Shown: positions 28,650 to 38,803 of the stretch, in pieces | How the letters are laid out: every line of letters starts with the position of its first letter | Numbering within the stretch: position 1 is the first letter of the stretch | DNA from: Gemmatimonadaceae bacterium | GTDB lineage: Bacteria; Gemmatimonadota; Gemmatimonadetes; Gemmatimonadales; Gemmatimonadaceae | Reading direction: 5' to 3' | Length of the DNA: 64,000 nt | NCBI GenBank assembly: GCA_035575795.1 | Contig: DATLXE010000559.1 | Location: 3,497 to 67,496 of the forward strand | Made by a program: the position numbers and the translations under genes | Notes under the pieces: generated by a model | What the model saw: the letters and a program-made list of their open reading frames with translations, nothing else | Told to the model about the DNA's origin: nothing | The model's database searches: none

Positions 28650-29678
28650 ATGACTGAAAGCCCGTTCGGCAGCGATGAACTAATCTACACGCCCGCGTGG
28701 TGGATTCCGGGCGGCCACCTGCAAACGCTGTGGGGAAAGCTGTTCCGGCGCCGCGTTCCCGTGCCCACGTCGCTACTCCGCTGGGACACACCCGATGGCG
28801 ATTTCCTCGAGATCCACCGGCTTGCCGCACCGGCGGACGCACCGCGATTGCTGGTGTTGCACGGGCTGGAGGGAACGGTTCGTTCCCACTACGCACAGGG
28901 CCTGCTTGGTGAAGCCGCGCGCAGAAAGTGGGGTGCCGACCTGCTCGTGTTTCGGTCGTGCGGAACCGAGATGAACAGGACCCGCCGCTTTTATCACTCC
29001 GGGGAGACCTCGGACATTTCTTTCGCTCTCGATCGCATCGTTGCCGAGTTTCCGCGCTCACCGGTAGGCATCGTCGGCGTCTCGCTCGGCGGTAATGTCG
29101 CGCTCAGGTTTCTCGGTGAGCGCGGCGCGGACATTCCGCGCCAGCTAAAGGCCGCGGCTGCCGTATCCGTCCCATTCGACCTGCAGCGCTCCTCGCGGAG
29201 AATCGGAAGCGGTTTCTCGGCGGTGTATCAGCACTACTTCATGAAGTCGTTATTGCGGAAAACCGCCGCGAAGCGCATGACGTTTCCCGATCTCGCGGGC
29301 ACGACGAAGCTGGACGGGATCAGGACGCTCGAGGACTTCGACAATCTCGTCACCGCGCCCCTGCACGGTTACCGCGACGCCGCCGACTATTACCAGCGCG
29401 CGAGCTCGCTCGGGTCGTTGTCGGATATTAGGCTCAAAACGCTACTATTAAGTGCGGTCGACGATCCGATGCTGCCGCGAGAGGTGCTCGATGAGGTGCG
29501 CAACGCGGCGGCGCGCAATCCATTGTTGGAGCTCGAGTTCGTCGCGCGCGGCGGTCACGCCGGTTTCGTGGCTGGCCGTGTCCCATGGAAGCCTGTTTAT
29601 TACGCAGAGCGTCGCGTCGGACGTTTCATGGCTGCGAGCTTTGGCCAATACGATCAGAAGGGGAACAGTGAACGATGA
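28650..29678 (+). CDS. alpha/beta hydrolase, YheT-like
   Basis: GGHLQT, LHGLEG, YHSGET, GVSLGG, DDP, GGHAGF. Confidence 0.88.
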   Translation: MTESPFGSDELIYTPAWWIPGGHLQTLWGKLFRRRVPVPTSLLRWDTPDGDFLEIHRLAAPADAPRLLVLHGLEGTVRSHYAQGLLGEAARRKWGADLLVFRSCGTEMNRTRRFYHSGETSDISFALDRIVAEFPRSPVGIVGVSLGGNVALRFLGERGADIPRQLKAAAAVSVPFDLQRSSRRIGSGFSAVYQHYFMKSLLRKTAAKRMTFPDLAGTTKLDGIRTLEDFDNLVTAPLHGYRDAADYYQRASSLGSLSDIRLKTLLLSAVDDPMLPREVLDEVRNAAARNPLLELEFVARGGHAGFVAGRVPWKPVYYAERRVGRFMAASFGQYDQKGNSER

Positions 29679-30547
29679 TTCCAGCGCACATGCTCACGAT
29701 TGCAGCGGTGGTTTGTCTCGCGTCTGCGTGCACGAACCGGGGCACGGTGGCGGATTCCCCCTTGCCCCGAGGGGCGCCGGTCGAGGCGACAACCGCGCTT
29801 CCCGCCGACGCCTCGACTGCCACGGTGCGGCTCAACGCGTCGTCACGGCACGGCGAGTGGGTGATGGTGCGCACGGGCTCCGCGGACAGCGTCAAGGCAT
29901 GGGTCGTCTATCCCGAGCGCAGCACCAAGGCACCGGTCGTGATCGTCGTTCACGAGATCTTCGGACTGTCTCCCTGGATTCGCTCGGTGGCCGACCAGCT
30001 CGCCGCCGATGGGTTCATCGCAATCGCGCCCGACTTCGTCACGACAAAGAATCTTCCCGAGGGAACCGATAGCGCATCAACGCAGGCGATCGTAGCCGCC
30101 GTGCGCACACTCGACCCCGCGCAGGTGCAGCGACAGATCGATGCCGTTGCGCAGTACGGCATGTCGCTGCCGTCGGCGCTTCGTAAGTACGGGGTCGTCG
30201 GATTTTGCTGGGGTGGGGCAGTGTCGTTTGCGCACGCCGTGCACACACCGAACCTCGGAGCTTCCGTCGTTTACTATGGCACATCGCCGCGCCCCGAGCT
30301 CCTTGGCAGCGTACGCGCCCCCGTGCTCGGACTCTATGGCAGCAACGATGCGCGCGTGAATGCGACCATTCCGGCCGCCGATTCCGCGATGCGGGCGATG
30401 GGAAAGACCTACGTGCAGCACATCTATCCGGGGGCGGGGCACGGATTTCTCCGCCAGCAGCCGGGAATGGAGGGTGCGAACATGGCTGCTACAAGGGCGG
30501 CGTGGCCCGCGACCATCGCCTGGTTCAGGAACTATCTCGGGGCATAA
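29675..30547 (+). CDS. dienelactone hydrolase family lipoprotein
   Basis: Lipobox LASAC; HEIFGL, GFCWGG, D, YPGAGHGF. Confidence 0.88.
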   Translation: MIPAHMLTIAAVVCLASACTNRGTVADSPLPRGAPVEATTALPADASTATVRLNASSRHGEWVMVRTGSADSVKAWVVYPERSTKAPVVIVVHEIFGLSPWIRSVADQLAADGFIAIAPDFVTTKNLPEGTDSASTQAIVAAVRTLDPAQVQRQIDAVAQYGMSLPSALRKYGVVGFCWGGAVSFAHAVHTPNLGASVVYYGTSPRPELLGSVRAPVLGLYGSNDARVNATIPAADSAMRAMGKTYVQHIYPGAGHGFLRQQPGMEGANMAATRAAWPATIAWFRNYLGA

Positions 30548-30563
30548 TGGGGCCTGATCGAGC

Positions 30564-31097
30564 CTGACTCTCCGCATCGTATTTCTCGCCGCCTTCATCG
30601 GCGGACTCGTGCTCGCCGTGTTCTCGATGCTTCACGGCGTCGAGCACGCGCGCCGGAGTCGTGTGAAGGCGCCATCGCCCTTCTTCAATTTGCCGGCGGT
30701 CGCCGCGTTCGCGGTGGGGTTCGGAGCCGCCGGCTATCCACTGGTGACGCGCTCGCGACTACCGGTCTGGACAACGCTCCTGATTTCTCTGGCGGCGGGA
30801 GCGCTGGCGGTAACGGGAATGATCACCCTGCTTGCCAAGTGGGCACTCAAGAACGCGCCCGCGCGCGGGACGGAAGATGCGCACGATATCCAGGGAATAG
30901 TCGGCGTGGTCACGCGCGAGATATCCACCGCCGGCGCGGGCGAGATCTCGTACGAGCGGTTGCATTCGAGCCATGTGATTCCAGCACGCGGGCTCGACAC
31001 GCGAACGCTCACCGCCGGGACCGAAGTAGTGATCGACAGAATCGAGGAAGGAGTGGCCTTCGTCGAGAGCTGGGAATCGGTGGAAAAGAGGCTCTAG
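30564..31097 (+). CDS. NfeD-like membrane protein (TM helices plus C-terminal OB fold)
   Basis: Hydrophobic helices then G.VGVVT..I..GEI..PAR..GTEVVIDRIEEGVAFV. Start uncertain (CTG 30564 or GTG 30609). Confidence 0.65.
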   Translation: MTLRIVFLAAFIGGLVLAVFSMLHGVEHARRSRVKAPSPFFNLPAVAAFAVGFGAAGYPLVTRSRLPVWTTLLISLAAGALAVTGMITLLAKWALKNAPARGTEDAHDIQGIVGVVTREISTAGAGEISYERLHSSHVIPARGLDTRTLTAGTEVVIDRIEEGVAFVESWESVEKRL

Positions 31098-31104
31098 CTC
31101 CAGT

Positions 31105-31389
31105 TCAGGAGTTGCGGACGTGAATACCAAGCCATTCTGGCCAGTTGCCGCTCATCTCGAAGAAATCGTCGTAATACGCCAACCCGCTTCCTTCCAGGTC
31201 GGCGATGAGATCGGGTAGCAGGTCGTCGCTCGGAAGAGGTCCGATCGCAATCAGTCCCTCGGCGGCCTGAAATTCCTGGTCCGTCAGATTGTAGCGCTGG
31301 TCGATCGCTGAGCGAACGATCCCGCTCTTTTCGAAAGGCTCACGGCGAATGAGGACCGTTGCCCGGCCCTGCGTCAGCTTGAAAGGCAT
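31105..31389 (-). CDS. hypothetical protein
   Basis: 94-aa ORF with globular composition filling the gap between nfeD-like gene and mnmG. Confidence 0.65.
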   Translation of the reverse strand: MPFKLTQGRATVLIRREPFEKSGIVRSAIDQRYNLTDQEFQAAEGLIAIGPLPSDDLLPDLIADLEGSGLAYYDDFFEMSGNWPEWLGIHVRNS

Positions 31390-31443
31390 TTAGTTAGATA
31401 CCAGACTAACGTGTGGAAGAGGGACGAAACGCTATCTTAATGT

Positions 31444-33372
31444 ATGCCCTCCGCCGGTAGTTTCGAAGCTGATTTCGACGTGCTCGTTGTCGGTGCCGGC
31501 CACGCCGGGACGGAAGCCGCCGTCGCCGCCGCGAGGCTGGGCGCGCGGGTCGCGATAATCACGACCGCCTTGGAGACGATCGGCCAGATGTCGTGCAATC
31601 CGGCTATCGGTGGCGTTGCCAAGGGCACCGTGGTGCGGGAAGTGGATGCGCTGGGCGGCATCATGGCGCGTGCAACTGACCTGGCAATGCTGCAATTCCG
31701 AATGCTGAACAGGAGCAAAGGACCGGCAGTCTGGGCGCCGCGGGCGCAGTGCGATCGCGGACTCTATCGCCGGGCGGTGCGCTCGCTTCTCGAGCAGCAA
31801 GTCAGCCTGCACACGATGCAGGGTACGGTCGCGCGCCTTCTACTCGACGATGACAATGCCTCGGTTCGCGGAATCGAGACCCTGGAGGGACGTCGATTCT
31901 CGGCGCGGACGGTCGTCATCACAACGGGGACGTTTCTGCGCGGCAGGATTCACATCGGCACCGGCAGCGGGATGGCTGGCGGCCGCGCTGGAGAGGGGGC
32001 GGCAACCCACCTCGCCGAGCAGTTGGAAAGAGTGGGACTCGAGGTCGCGCGCTTCAAGACCGGAACACCGCCGCGCATTGACGGCCGGTCAGTGAATTTC
32101 TCAGAGCTCGGGATTCAGGAAAGCGAAATTGAGCAGTTCGACTATTCCTGGTCCCATTTCTGGAGTGCGCCGCGGAGCGCGCTCGGCGTCACGCGGCACC
32201 CTTCACAGATGCCCTGCTGGATCACGCACCTCGAGGCGGCGGGCAAGTCCATCATCAGCGACAACATTGGCAAATCGGCAATGTACGGCGGCGCGATCGC
32301 GTCGCGCGGTCCGCGGTACTGTCCTTCGGTCGAAGACAAGATCGTCAAGTTTCCCGAAGCCGAGCGTCATCAGCTTTTTCTGGAACCCGAGGGTCACGAC
32401 ACTTCCGAGCTCTACGTAAACGGTTTGTCTACTTCACTGCCGGTGGATGTGCAACTCGCAGTGCTGCGCTCCATCAGGGGTCTCTCCGGCGTCAGCATGA
32501 CGCGCGCCGGTTACGCGATCGAGTACGACTACTATCCGCCAACACAGCTCGACTCGACGCTTCAGGTGAAGGCAGTGCGCGGACTCTTCTTCGCCGGACA
32601 GATCAACGGTACCACCGGTTACGAGGAAGCGGCGGGCCAGGGCGTCGTCGCGGGTGCCAACGCCGCGCTCCTCTCGCAGGGGAGGAGCGCATTCGTGCTG
32701 GGACGAGAGACCTCATACATCGGCGTCCTTGTGGACGATCTCGTTACTCGCGGCGTGGACGAGCCGTACCGATTGTTCACTTCGCGATCCGAGTTTCGTC
32801 TCACGGTGCGTCAGGACAATTCGCTGCGGCGGCTTGGTGGCATCGGCCTCCGTCTTGGACTGTATGACGACCGCGAAGCGTCCGTGATTCGCGACCGCCT
32901 CACTGACGAGGACCGTGCGCTCGAGCTCGCGCGTACCACGAGCATCCGGCCCGAGGATGCGGGCCCGGTGCTCGACGCGGCGGAGAGCGCGCCCATTCCA
33001 CACGCTCTCCGGATCGCCGAGCTTGCAAAGCGGCAGGAGATCGCGCTCGGCGATCTGTTCAGTGCGGCCGGCGTGAATGGGAATCTGTCGAGCGAAGCGA
33101 TCATTACCGCCGATCTCGAGATCAAGTACGCAGGGTACTTCGAGCGCGAGAGGGCGCACGCGCAGCGCATGAAGCGGATGGGAGATTTTTCTCTCGAGCC
33201 AGACCTGTCCTACGAAGAGATGCGTTCCCTCTCCTTCGAAGCGAGACAGAAGCTCGCCGCGCTCAGACCGGGATCTCTCGCGCAGGCGTCACGAATTCCC
33301 GGCGTGAGTCCCAACGATCTCCAGAACCTGGTCATCGAGGTCGAGCGCCGGCGGCGGGTCACGGCGAAGTAG
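31444..33372 (+). CDS. mnmG: tRNA U34 carboxymethylaminomethyl modification enzyme
   Basis: GAGHAG.EAA, MSCNPAIGG, KTGTPPR, GPRYCPSVEDK, AGQINGTTGYEEAA. Confidence 0.97.
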   Translation: MPSAGSFEADFDVLVVGAGHAGTEAAVAAARLGARVAIITTALETIGQMSCNPAIGGVAKGTVVREVDALGGIMARATDLAMLQFRMLNRSKGPAVWAPRAQCDRGLYRRAVRSLLEQQVSLHTMQGTVARLLLDDDNASVRGIETLEGRRFSARTVVITTGTFLRGRIHIGTGSGMAGGRAGEGAATHLAEQLERVGLEVARFKTGTPPRIDGRSVNFSELGIQESEIEQFDYSWSHFWSAPRSALGVTRHPSQMPCWITHLEAAGKSIISDNIGKSAMYGGAIASRGPRYCPSVEDKIVKFPEAERHQLFLEPEGHDTSELYVNGLSTSLPVDVQLAVLRSIRGLSGVSMTRAGYAIEYDYYPPTQLDSTLQVKAVRGLFFAGQINGTTGYEEAAGQGVVAGANAALLSQGRSAFVLGRETSYIGVLVDDLVTRGVDEPYRLFTSRSEFRLTVRQDNSLRRLGGIGLRLGLYDDREASVIRDRLTDEDRALELARTTSIRPEDAGPVLDAAESAPIPHALRIAELAKRQEIALGDLFSAAGVNGNLSSEAIITADLEIKYAGYFERERAHAQRMKRMGDFSLEPDLSYEEMRSLSFEARQKLAALRPGSLAQASRIPGVSPNDLQNLVIEVERRRRVTAK

Positions 33373-34261
33373 TAGCTTCTCGCCTTCGTGAGCTCCACTG
33401 GAGCAACAGCACCGCCGCCGCGATCAGGATGCCGCCGAATAATGTTGCTACCGTAAGCGGGTTTCCGATGACCAGGGCGCCGAGTATGGCGGTAAAGAAA
33501 GGTTCGACGGTGGAAATGATGGCCGTGCGAACGGGTCCGAGCACGGCGAGGCCCCTGATCAGCGCCGAGAAGGCGATCACGGTCGAGACCAGTGCGAGCA
33601 GGAAGATGTTCACCCACGGCGCCATCGTATCTGGCAGGTAAAGTTTTCCCGTCAGCAGTGCCGAGAGCAGGAAGGTGGTCCCGGCGCCGACGACGAGCAG
33701 AAAGGTGGAGAGCATTGCCGGCATCCCGCTCTGTATCGCATTGAGGGCCGGGAGATAGGCCGAATAGAGGAGCGCGGATCCGAGCGCGAGTGCGACGCCG
33801 ATCGGGTTGAGCTTTTCTGCCGCTGGCGCGCCTACCATTACCACGACGCCGGCGAGGGCGAGTGAGAGTGCGACGACGCGAGTTGTCGTGAGCTTCTCGC
33901 TTCCACGCACGGCAGCGATCAGCGTCACCCATGCCGGATATGTGTAGAAGAGAAATGCAAGCGGCCCGACCGGGATGTACTCGAGCGCATGCAGGCTCAA
34001 GTAAGTGATGAGAGCCTGTCCGCAGCCGCCGATGAGAAGCAGCTGAGCGATTTTCCGCGACGGATAGCTCCTCATGCGCCACGGTTGTGCCACGATGCTA
34101 AGGAGGATGGCACCCACGACGTATCGCCAGGCCATCGCCGTGACCAGCGGAACTCCCGCGCCCATGATGAGTAGCGTCAGCACCGAGATTGAGCCGAAGC
34201 TGAGCGATGCCACCACGATCAGAAATGTCGCGCGTCCTGCCGAGCCTCCCTCATTCTGCAT
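33359..34261 (-). CDS. DMT/EamA family transporter
   Basis: About 10 TM helices in two repeats; FYTYP, STVEP. Confidence 0.88.
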   Translation of the reverse strand: MQNEGGSAGRATFLIVVASLSFGSISVLTLLIMGAGVPLVTAMAWRYVVGAILLSIVAQPWRMRSYPSRKIAQLLLIGGCGQALITYLSLHALEYIPVGPLAFLFYTYPAWVTLIAAVRGSEKLTTTRVVALSLALAGVVVMVGAPAAEKLNPIGVALALGSALLYSAYLPALNAIQSGMPAMLSTFLLVVGAGTTFLLSALLTGKLYLPDTMAPWVNIFLLALVSTVIAFSALIRGLAVLGPVRTAIISTVEPFFTAILGALVIGNPLTVATLFGGILIAAAVLLLQWSSRRREATTSP

Positions 34262-34332
34262 CGCGCGCAATGTAGCGTTCGCTGATGTTCATGGCCATTT
34301 TTGGGAAACTTTTTCTCCCGACCGGCCTCGCG

Positions 34333-35337
34333 ATGACATCGTCGACATATACCGATCACCCAATCCCACCGCCACTCGGCTCGACCGCGGATGATTTCAA
34401 GGACCTCGGGTTCGGGGCTGAGGTTGCACGCGGCACCAGACGACGTCTCGTCAATCGGGATGGGACTTTCAACGTCGTGCGCAAGGGACTGAATCCGCTC
34501 TCCGCGCTCAGCCTTTATCACTGGTCGCTTACGATCTCCTGGCCGAAATTTCTTGCCTTCGTCTCCGCAAGCTACGTGGTGGTGAACGCGCTTTTTGCGG
34601 GCGCGTACCTGCTGTGTGGACCGAACGCGCTGGAATCGCCGACTGGCACCTTCGACGGACAGCCTTTTTACAGGGCGTTCTTCTTCAGCGTCGACAGCTT
34701 CGCAACAATTGGATATGGGAACATCATTCCCGTTGGCGTCGCCGCCAACACTCTCGTCACGATCGAGGCGCTGCTCAACATCGTCGGTATCGCCCTCGCA
34801 ACCGGCGTCGTGTTCGCAAGGTTCTCGCGTCCGACGGCGCGGATCATCTACAGCCGGAACGCGATCGTCGCACCGTACCGCGACATTACGGCGCTCGAGT
34901 TCCGCATTGCAAACGAGCGCAGTGGGCAGCTGATCGAGGTGCAGGCCAAGGTAATCCTCAGCCGCATCGAGGACGTGCGTGGCGCGCCGGTGCGGAAGTT
35001 CTACGACCTGCCGCTCGAGCGTGAGCGGGTGACTTTCTTTGCGCTGAGCTGGACGGTGGTGCATCCGATCACGCCGCAGAGTCCACTATTCGGATTAACG
35101 GAGAAGGATCTTCTGACGACGGAAGCGGAGCTGCTGATTCTTCTTACCGGAACGGACGAGACGGCTGCACAGATCGTGCACTCGAGAACTTCCTACAGAG
35201 CGGATGAGATACTTTGGGGCGCTCGATTCTCCAGCATCTTCATCCACTCGGAAACCGAGGGCACGATCGGAATGGATGTCGGTCGAATCCACGACGTCGA
35301 ATCGACTTACACGCGGATTCCAACGGCGCGCAGCTAG
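34333..35337 (+). CDS. inward-rectifier potassium channel (KirBac)
   Basis: FFFSVDSFATIGYG filter, FARFSRP, WTVVHPI..SPL, SY..DEILWG. Confidence 0.9.
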   Translation: MTSSTYTDHPIPPPLGSTADDFKDLGFGAEVARGTRRRLVNRDGTFNVVRKGLNPLSALSLYHWSLTISWPKFLAFVSASYVVVNALFAGAYLLCGPNALESPTGTFDGQPFYRAFFFSVDSFATIGYGNIIPVGVAANTLVTIEALLNIVGIALATGVVFARFSRPTARIIYSRNAIVAPYRDITALEFRIANERSGQLIEVQAKVILSRIEDVRGAPVRKFYDLPLERERVTFFALSWTVVHPITPQSPLFGLTEKDLLTTEAELLILLTGTDETAAQIVHSRTSYRADEILWGARFSSIFIHSETEGTIGMDVGRIHDVESTYTRIPTARS

Positions 35338-35416
35338 CTGACAGTCCTACTGTGCAACTTTCCTGGTCCGAGTCGTCCCACTTGCACACGACCCGCTCTA
35401 ACCCCTAGAAGGCCTA

Positions 35417-36136
35417 ATGAAAGTACTAATTCTTAGTTTCGCACTGTGTTTACCGCCATTAACGGTACACTCCCAAGACAGCATGCGGCTAGTTGATGCT
35501 CCGCAGGTATCTGTAACGGGCCGAGGGGAGGTAAAGGTCTCTCCGGACCGAGCGACGATCCAGCTGAGTGTGCAGACCCGCGCCGCGACGGCTGCGGCGG
35601 CGGCGGCCGAGAATGCCACTAAGCAACAGGCAGTGATCAGCGCGCTCAAGCGGCTTGGGCTGGGGGACGACCAGATCTCCACCATCGGCTACAACGTCTA
35701 TCCCGAGTACCGCTACGACCAGGGAAAGGAGCCGGCCGTTATCGGTCACAATGTGACGAACACCATTCTCGCTGACGTACGAAAGCTGTCGCAGGTCGGA
35801 CCCGTGATCGACGCCGCACTTTCCAACGGCTCGAACATGATCACCTCGCTTCATTTCTACGCGTCGAACACCGAGCTCGCTCGCCGTACCGCCATCGCTG
35901 ACGCGGTGGTAAAGGCCCGCGCTGACGCCGAAGCGGCTGCACGGGCTGCGGGTGGAACGCTCGGCTCACTCATCGATGTGAGTATCGGCGCCTACCACCC
36001 TCCCCCGCCTCGGCCGATGATGATGATGCGACAGGCTGAGTCGAGGGCGGCGTCGGCAGATACCCCGATCAATCCTGGAGAGCAGACACTGGCCGTAGAG
36101 GTGAGCACAAGGTGGCGCTTTAACCCGGGCCGTTAG
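35417..36136 (+). CDS. SIMPL (DUF541) domain protein
   Basis: Signal peptide; VTGRGEVKVSPD, A...ARA.A, INPGEQ. Confidence 0.88.
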   Translation: MKVLILSFALCLPPLTVHSQDSMRLVDAPQVSVTGRGEVKVSPDRATIQLSVQTRAATAAAAAAENATKQQAVISALKRLGLGDDQISTIGYNVYPEYRYDQGKEPAVIGHNVTNTILADVRKLSQVGPVIDAALSNGSNMITSLHFYASNTELARRTAIADAVVKARADAEAAARAAGGTLGSLIDVSIGAYHPPPPRPMMMMRQAESRAASADTPINPGEQTLAVEVSTRWRFNPGR

Positions 36137-36143
36137 ATATGAG

Positions 36144-36189
36144 GTTTCCACGTGGAACGTTGTGCCCGAAACGGTTTCCACGTGGAAAC
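36144..36189. promoter_or_regulatory. parS: two parS centromere sites
   Basis: GTTTCCACGTGGAACG (36144-36159) and perfect palindrome GTTTCCACGTGGAAAC (36174-36189), 30 bp apart, immediately upstream of parA. Confidence 0.9.
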
Positions 36190-36233
36190 CAGTAGTACGA
36201 AGGGATAGATTTAGGGGTCCCCAACCCAGCCAA

Positions 36234-37022
36234 GTGGCAAGAATAATCGCGATTGCCAACCAGAAAGGTGGCGTCGGCAAGACCACGACCGCAGTAAACC
36301 TCGCCGCCAGCCTGGCCGCGGCTGAACAACGCACCCTTCTTATCGACGGAGACCCGCAGGGCAACGCCACGAGCGGAATCGGTCTCAAGCGTGAGGATAT
36401 CCCGCTCACTCTGTACGACGTCCTGGTCGGAACCTCCGACATGCGCTCCGCACGCCAGCGGAATGTCCAGTTTCCCAAGCTGGACACGATCGCCGCCACG
36501 CCGGATCTCGCGGCGGTCGAAATAGAACTCGTGGACAAGCCGGGAAGGGAGCAGACGATGCGGGAGGCGATCGCGCCACTCGAAGACGAATACGACTACA
36601 TCGTCATCGACTGCCCACCCTCGCTGGGGCTCATCACGATCAACATGCTGGCGGCCGCTGATGCGCTTCTGATCCCACTCCAGTGCGAGTACTACGCGCT
36701 TGAGGGACTTTCCCAGCTGCTCAATACAGTGCATCGCGTGCAGCACAGCGTGAACAAGAGCCTCGGGATCGACGGCGTCCTGCTGACAATGTACGACGCG
36801 CGCCTCAACCTCTCGCGCCAGGTTGCCGAGGACGCTAGAGAATATTTCGGGCCCAAGGTTTTCAGGAATGTAGTCCCGCGCAACGTACGGCTTGCCGAGG
36901 CACCGAGCTTTGGAAAGCCGATCATTCTTTACGATATCGCCTCCGCCGGTGCCCAAGCATACATGGCGGTAGCAAAAGAGCTGATCGAGCGCACTTCACG
37001 AGGAGAGAACGATGGCCGCTGA
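36234..37022 (+). CDS. parA: chromosome partition ATPase ParA/Soj
   Basis: NQKGGVGKTT, DPQGNA, DCPPSLG, QCEYYALEG, LAEAPS; GTG start at 36234. Confidence 0.96.
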   Translation: MARIIAIANQKGGVGKTTTAVNLAASLAAAEQRTLLIDGDPQGNATSGIGLKREDIPLTLYDVLVGTSDMRSARQRNVQFPKLDTIAATPDLAAVEIELVDKPGREQTMREAIAPLEDEYDYIVIDCPPSLGLITINMLAAADALLIPLQCEYYALEGLSQLLNTVHRVQHSVNKSLGIDGVLLTMYDARLNLSRQVAEDAREYFGPKVFRNVVPRNVRLAEAPSFGKPIILYDIASAGAQAYMAVAKELIERTSRGENDGR

Positions 37023-37899
37023 AAAACCGCGACGCCTTGGCCGGGGTCTGGAAGCGCTACTCGGAACCGGCGGTGGACTCGAGTCGAGTGATGAAGGCGC
37101 CCTGAAAGTGATTCCGATCAGCCAGATCGGGCCAAATCCCTACCAGCCACGCCAGGAGTTTCGAGCCGACCAGCTGGCAGAGTTGCGTGTGAGCATCGAA
37201 GCCAATGGACTCCTCCAGCCGATCACCGTAAGACGTCGTTCGCAAAAGGGCGGCTTCGAGCTTATCGCCGGCGAGCGCCGCCTGCGCGCGGCAACCGAGC
37301 TCGGCTGGAAAGAAATCCCGGCGATTATCAAGGACATCGACGACAAGGCGATTCTGACTCTGGCGCTGGTGGAGAATCTCCAGCGGAGCGACCTCAATCC
37401 GATCGAAGAGGCAGAAGGATATCAGCAGCTGGTGCATGATTTCGGTCTCACCCAGCAGGATGTCGCGGAACGCGTCGGAAAGGACCGCACCACCGTCGCG
37501 AACATGCTGCGCGTGCTGCAACTGCCGGAAGTCGTCCGCAGGATGCTGCGGAACGGGGAGATTACCCTCGGACATGCAAAGCCGCTGCTGTCGCTGGAGG
37601 ACGAGGGGAAGATCATCGCGCTTGCGAAAGAAATAGTGGCGCACGGCCTGACGGTGCGCGAAGTAGAGCGTCGCCTGCGTGAAGAGGTAGGGCCACGAAC
37701 CGGGAAGCGCCCGGGAAGGCCGATGAAGACCGATCACCGGCAACCCGAGGTCAAGCGAATCGAAGACCGGCTCCGAAGGCACTTCCAGACGGACGTGACC
37801 CTCGTTGTCGGCGCGGACGATCACGGCTCGATTTCCATCCGGTTCTACTCCCCAGACGACCTCGAGCGAATCATGGAGCTCATGCGCGCGCCGGAGTAA
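37012..37899 (+). CDS. parB: chromosome partition protein ParB/Spo0J
   Basis: LGRGLEAL, NPYQPR, AGERRLRA, ENLQR, HTH GKDRTTVAN. Confidence 0.96.
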   Translation: MAAEKPRRLGRGLEALLGTGGGLESSDEGALKVIPISQIGPNPYQPRQEFRADQLAELRVSIEANGLLQPITVRRRSQKGGFELIAGERRLRAATELGWKEIPAIIKDIDDKAILTLALVENLQRSDLNPIEEAEGYQQLVHDFGLTQQDVAERVGKDRTTVANMLRVLQLPEVVRRMLRNGEITLGHAKPLLSLEDEGKIIALAKEIVAHGLTVREVERRLREEVGPRTGKRPGRPMKTDHRQPEVKRIEDRLRRHFQTDVTLVVGADDHGSISIRFYSPDDLERIMELMRAPE

Positions 37900-37931
37900 T
37901 CGACAAGGTTATGAACCAAATCATAAGTCGT

Positions 37932-37986
37932 TTGACCTCAACATGTTACGAACTACCCTCCACCGCTAGCGGAGGTATTATCCACA
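37932..37986 (+). promoter_or_regulatory. putative promoter with perfect DnaA box
   Basis: TTGACC (37932), N16, TACCCT (37954); TTATCCACA at 37978-37986. Confidence 0.5.
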
Positions 37987-38014
37987 CAAATATGCTTTTC
38001 GGAAGCTGGACTTC

Positions 38015-38797
38015 TTGAAGAGGCTCCCCACCCTTCAGGCGCTCGTGGAACACGCCGACGAGCTGCTTAGCACCGCCTCGACCCCCGATTACCCGAACGC
38101 GGTGAACGGTCTCCAGTTCGAGAATACCGGCGCGTTGAAGGGAATCGCGACGGCCGTCGATTTCTCCATCCGCACCATCGAGGGGACACTTGCGGCGGCG
38201 GCAAACCTCCTCGTCGTCCACCACGGAATGTTCTGGAGCGGACTCGTACCTCACACCGGCCGCGCACACGAAAGATTACGCATGCTGCTCGAAAACGACA
38301 TCGCCGTCTACGCTTCACACCTCCCGCTCGACCGACACCCATCCCTTGGCAACAACACGCTTCTAGCACGCGAGCTCGGCCTCAGGCCATCAGCGGGCTT
38401 TGCACGTTTCCGGGAAATCGACATCGGCGTGCGGGGAAAGACAGACGTCGAAACCGCGGAGCTCGCCGATCGGGTGAGGAGGTTCAGCGCCTTGCATGGA
38501 ACGCACGCCGTGATCGCCGGGAACACGAAAAAGCGGCGAACCAGGCGCTGGGCAATTTGTACGGGGTCCGGCGCAACGGCCGAGACCCTGAAGGAAGCCG
38601 GGAGCACGGGTATCGACACACTGATCGTCGGCGAGGGACCACACTGGACGGCGGTGCAGTCCGAGGAGAACGGGTTGACCGTGATGTATGCCGGTCACTA
38701 TGCGACGGAAACGCTCGGTGTTCGTGCGCTCGGCGAACACCTTTCGAAGAAGTTTTCGATTCCATCCACCTTCATTGACGCCCCAACGGGCCTTTAA
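38015..38797 (+). CDS. Nif3-like dinuclear metal protein (YbgI family)
   Basis: NGLQ, VHHG, HLPLD, GNN, GHYATE. Confidence 0.92.
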   Translation: MKRLPTLQALVEHADELLSTASTPDYPNAVNGLQFENTGALKGIATAVDFSIRTIEGTLAAAANLLVVHHGMFWSGLVPHTGRAHERLRMLLENDIAVYASHLPLDRHPSLGNNTLLARELGLRPSAGFARFREIDIGVRGKTDVETAELADRVRRFSALHGTHAVIAGNTKKRRTRRWAICTGSGATAETLKEAGSTGIDTLIVGEGPHWTAVQSEENGLTVMYAGHYATETLGVRALGEHLSKKFSIPSTFIDAPTGL

Positions 38798-38803
38798 TGA
38801 TCC

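Noticed and set aside
36162-36233. N-terminal extension of ParA in ORF track
   Set aside because: Runs across parS; the conserved ParA N-terminus begins at GTG 36234.
37909-37950. dif/Xer-like site after parB
   Set aside because: Arms are oriented TTATGA-N6-TCATAA, opposite to dif, and the site is near the origin. A terminator-like hairpin explains it better.
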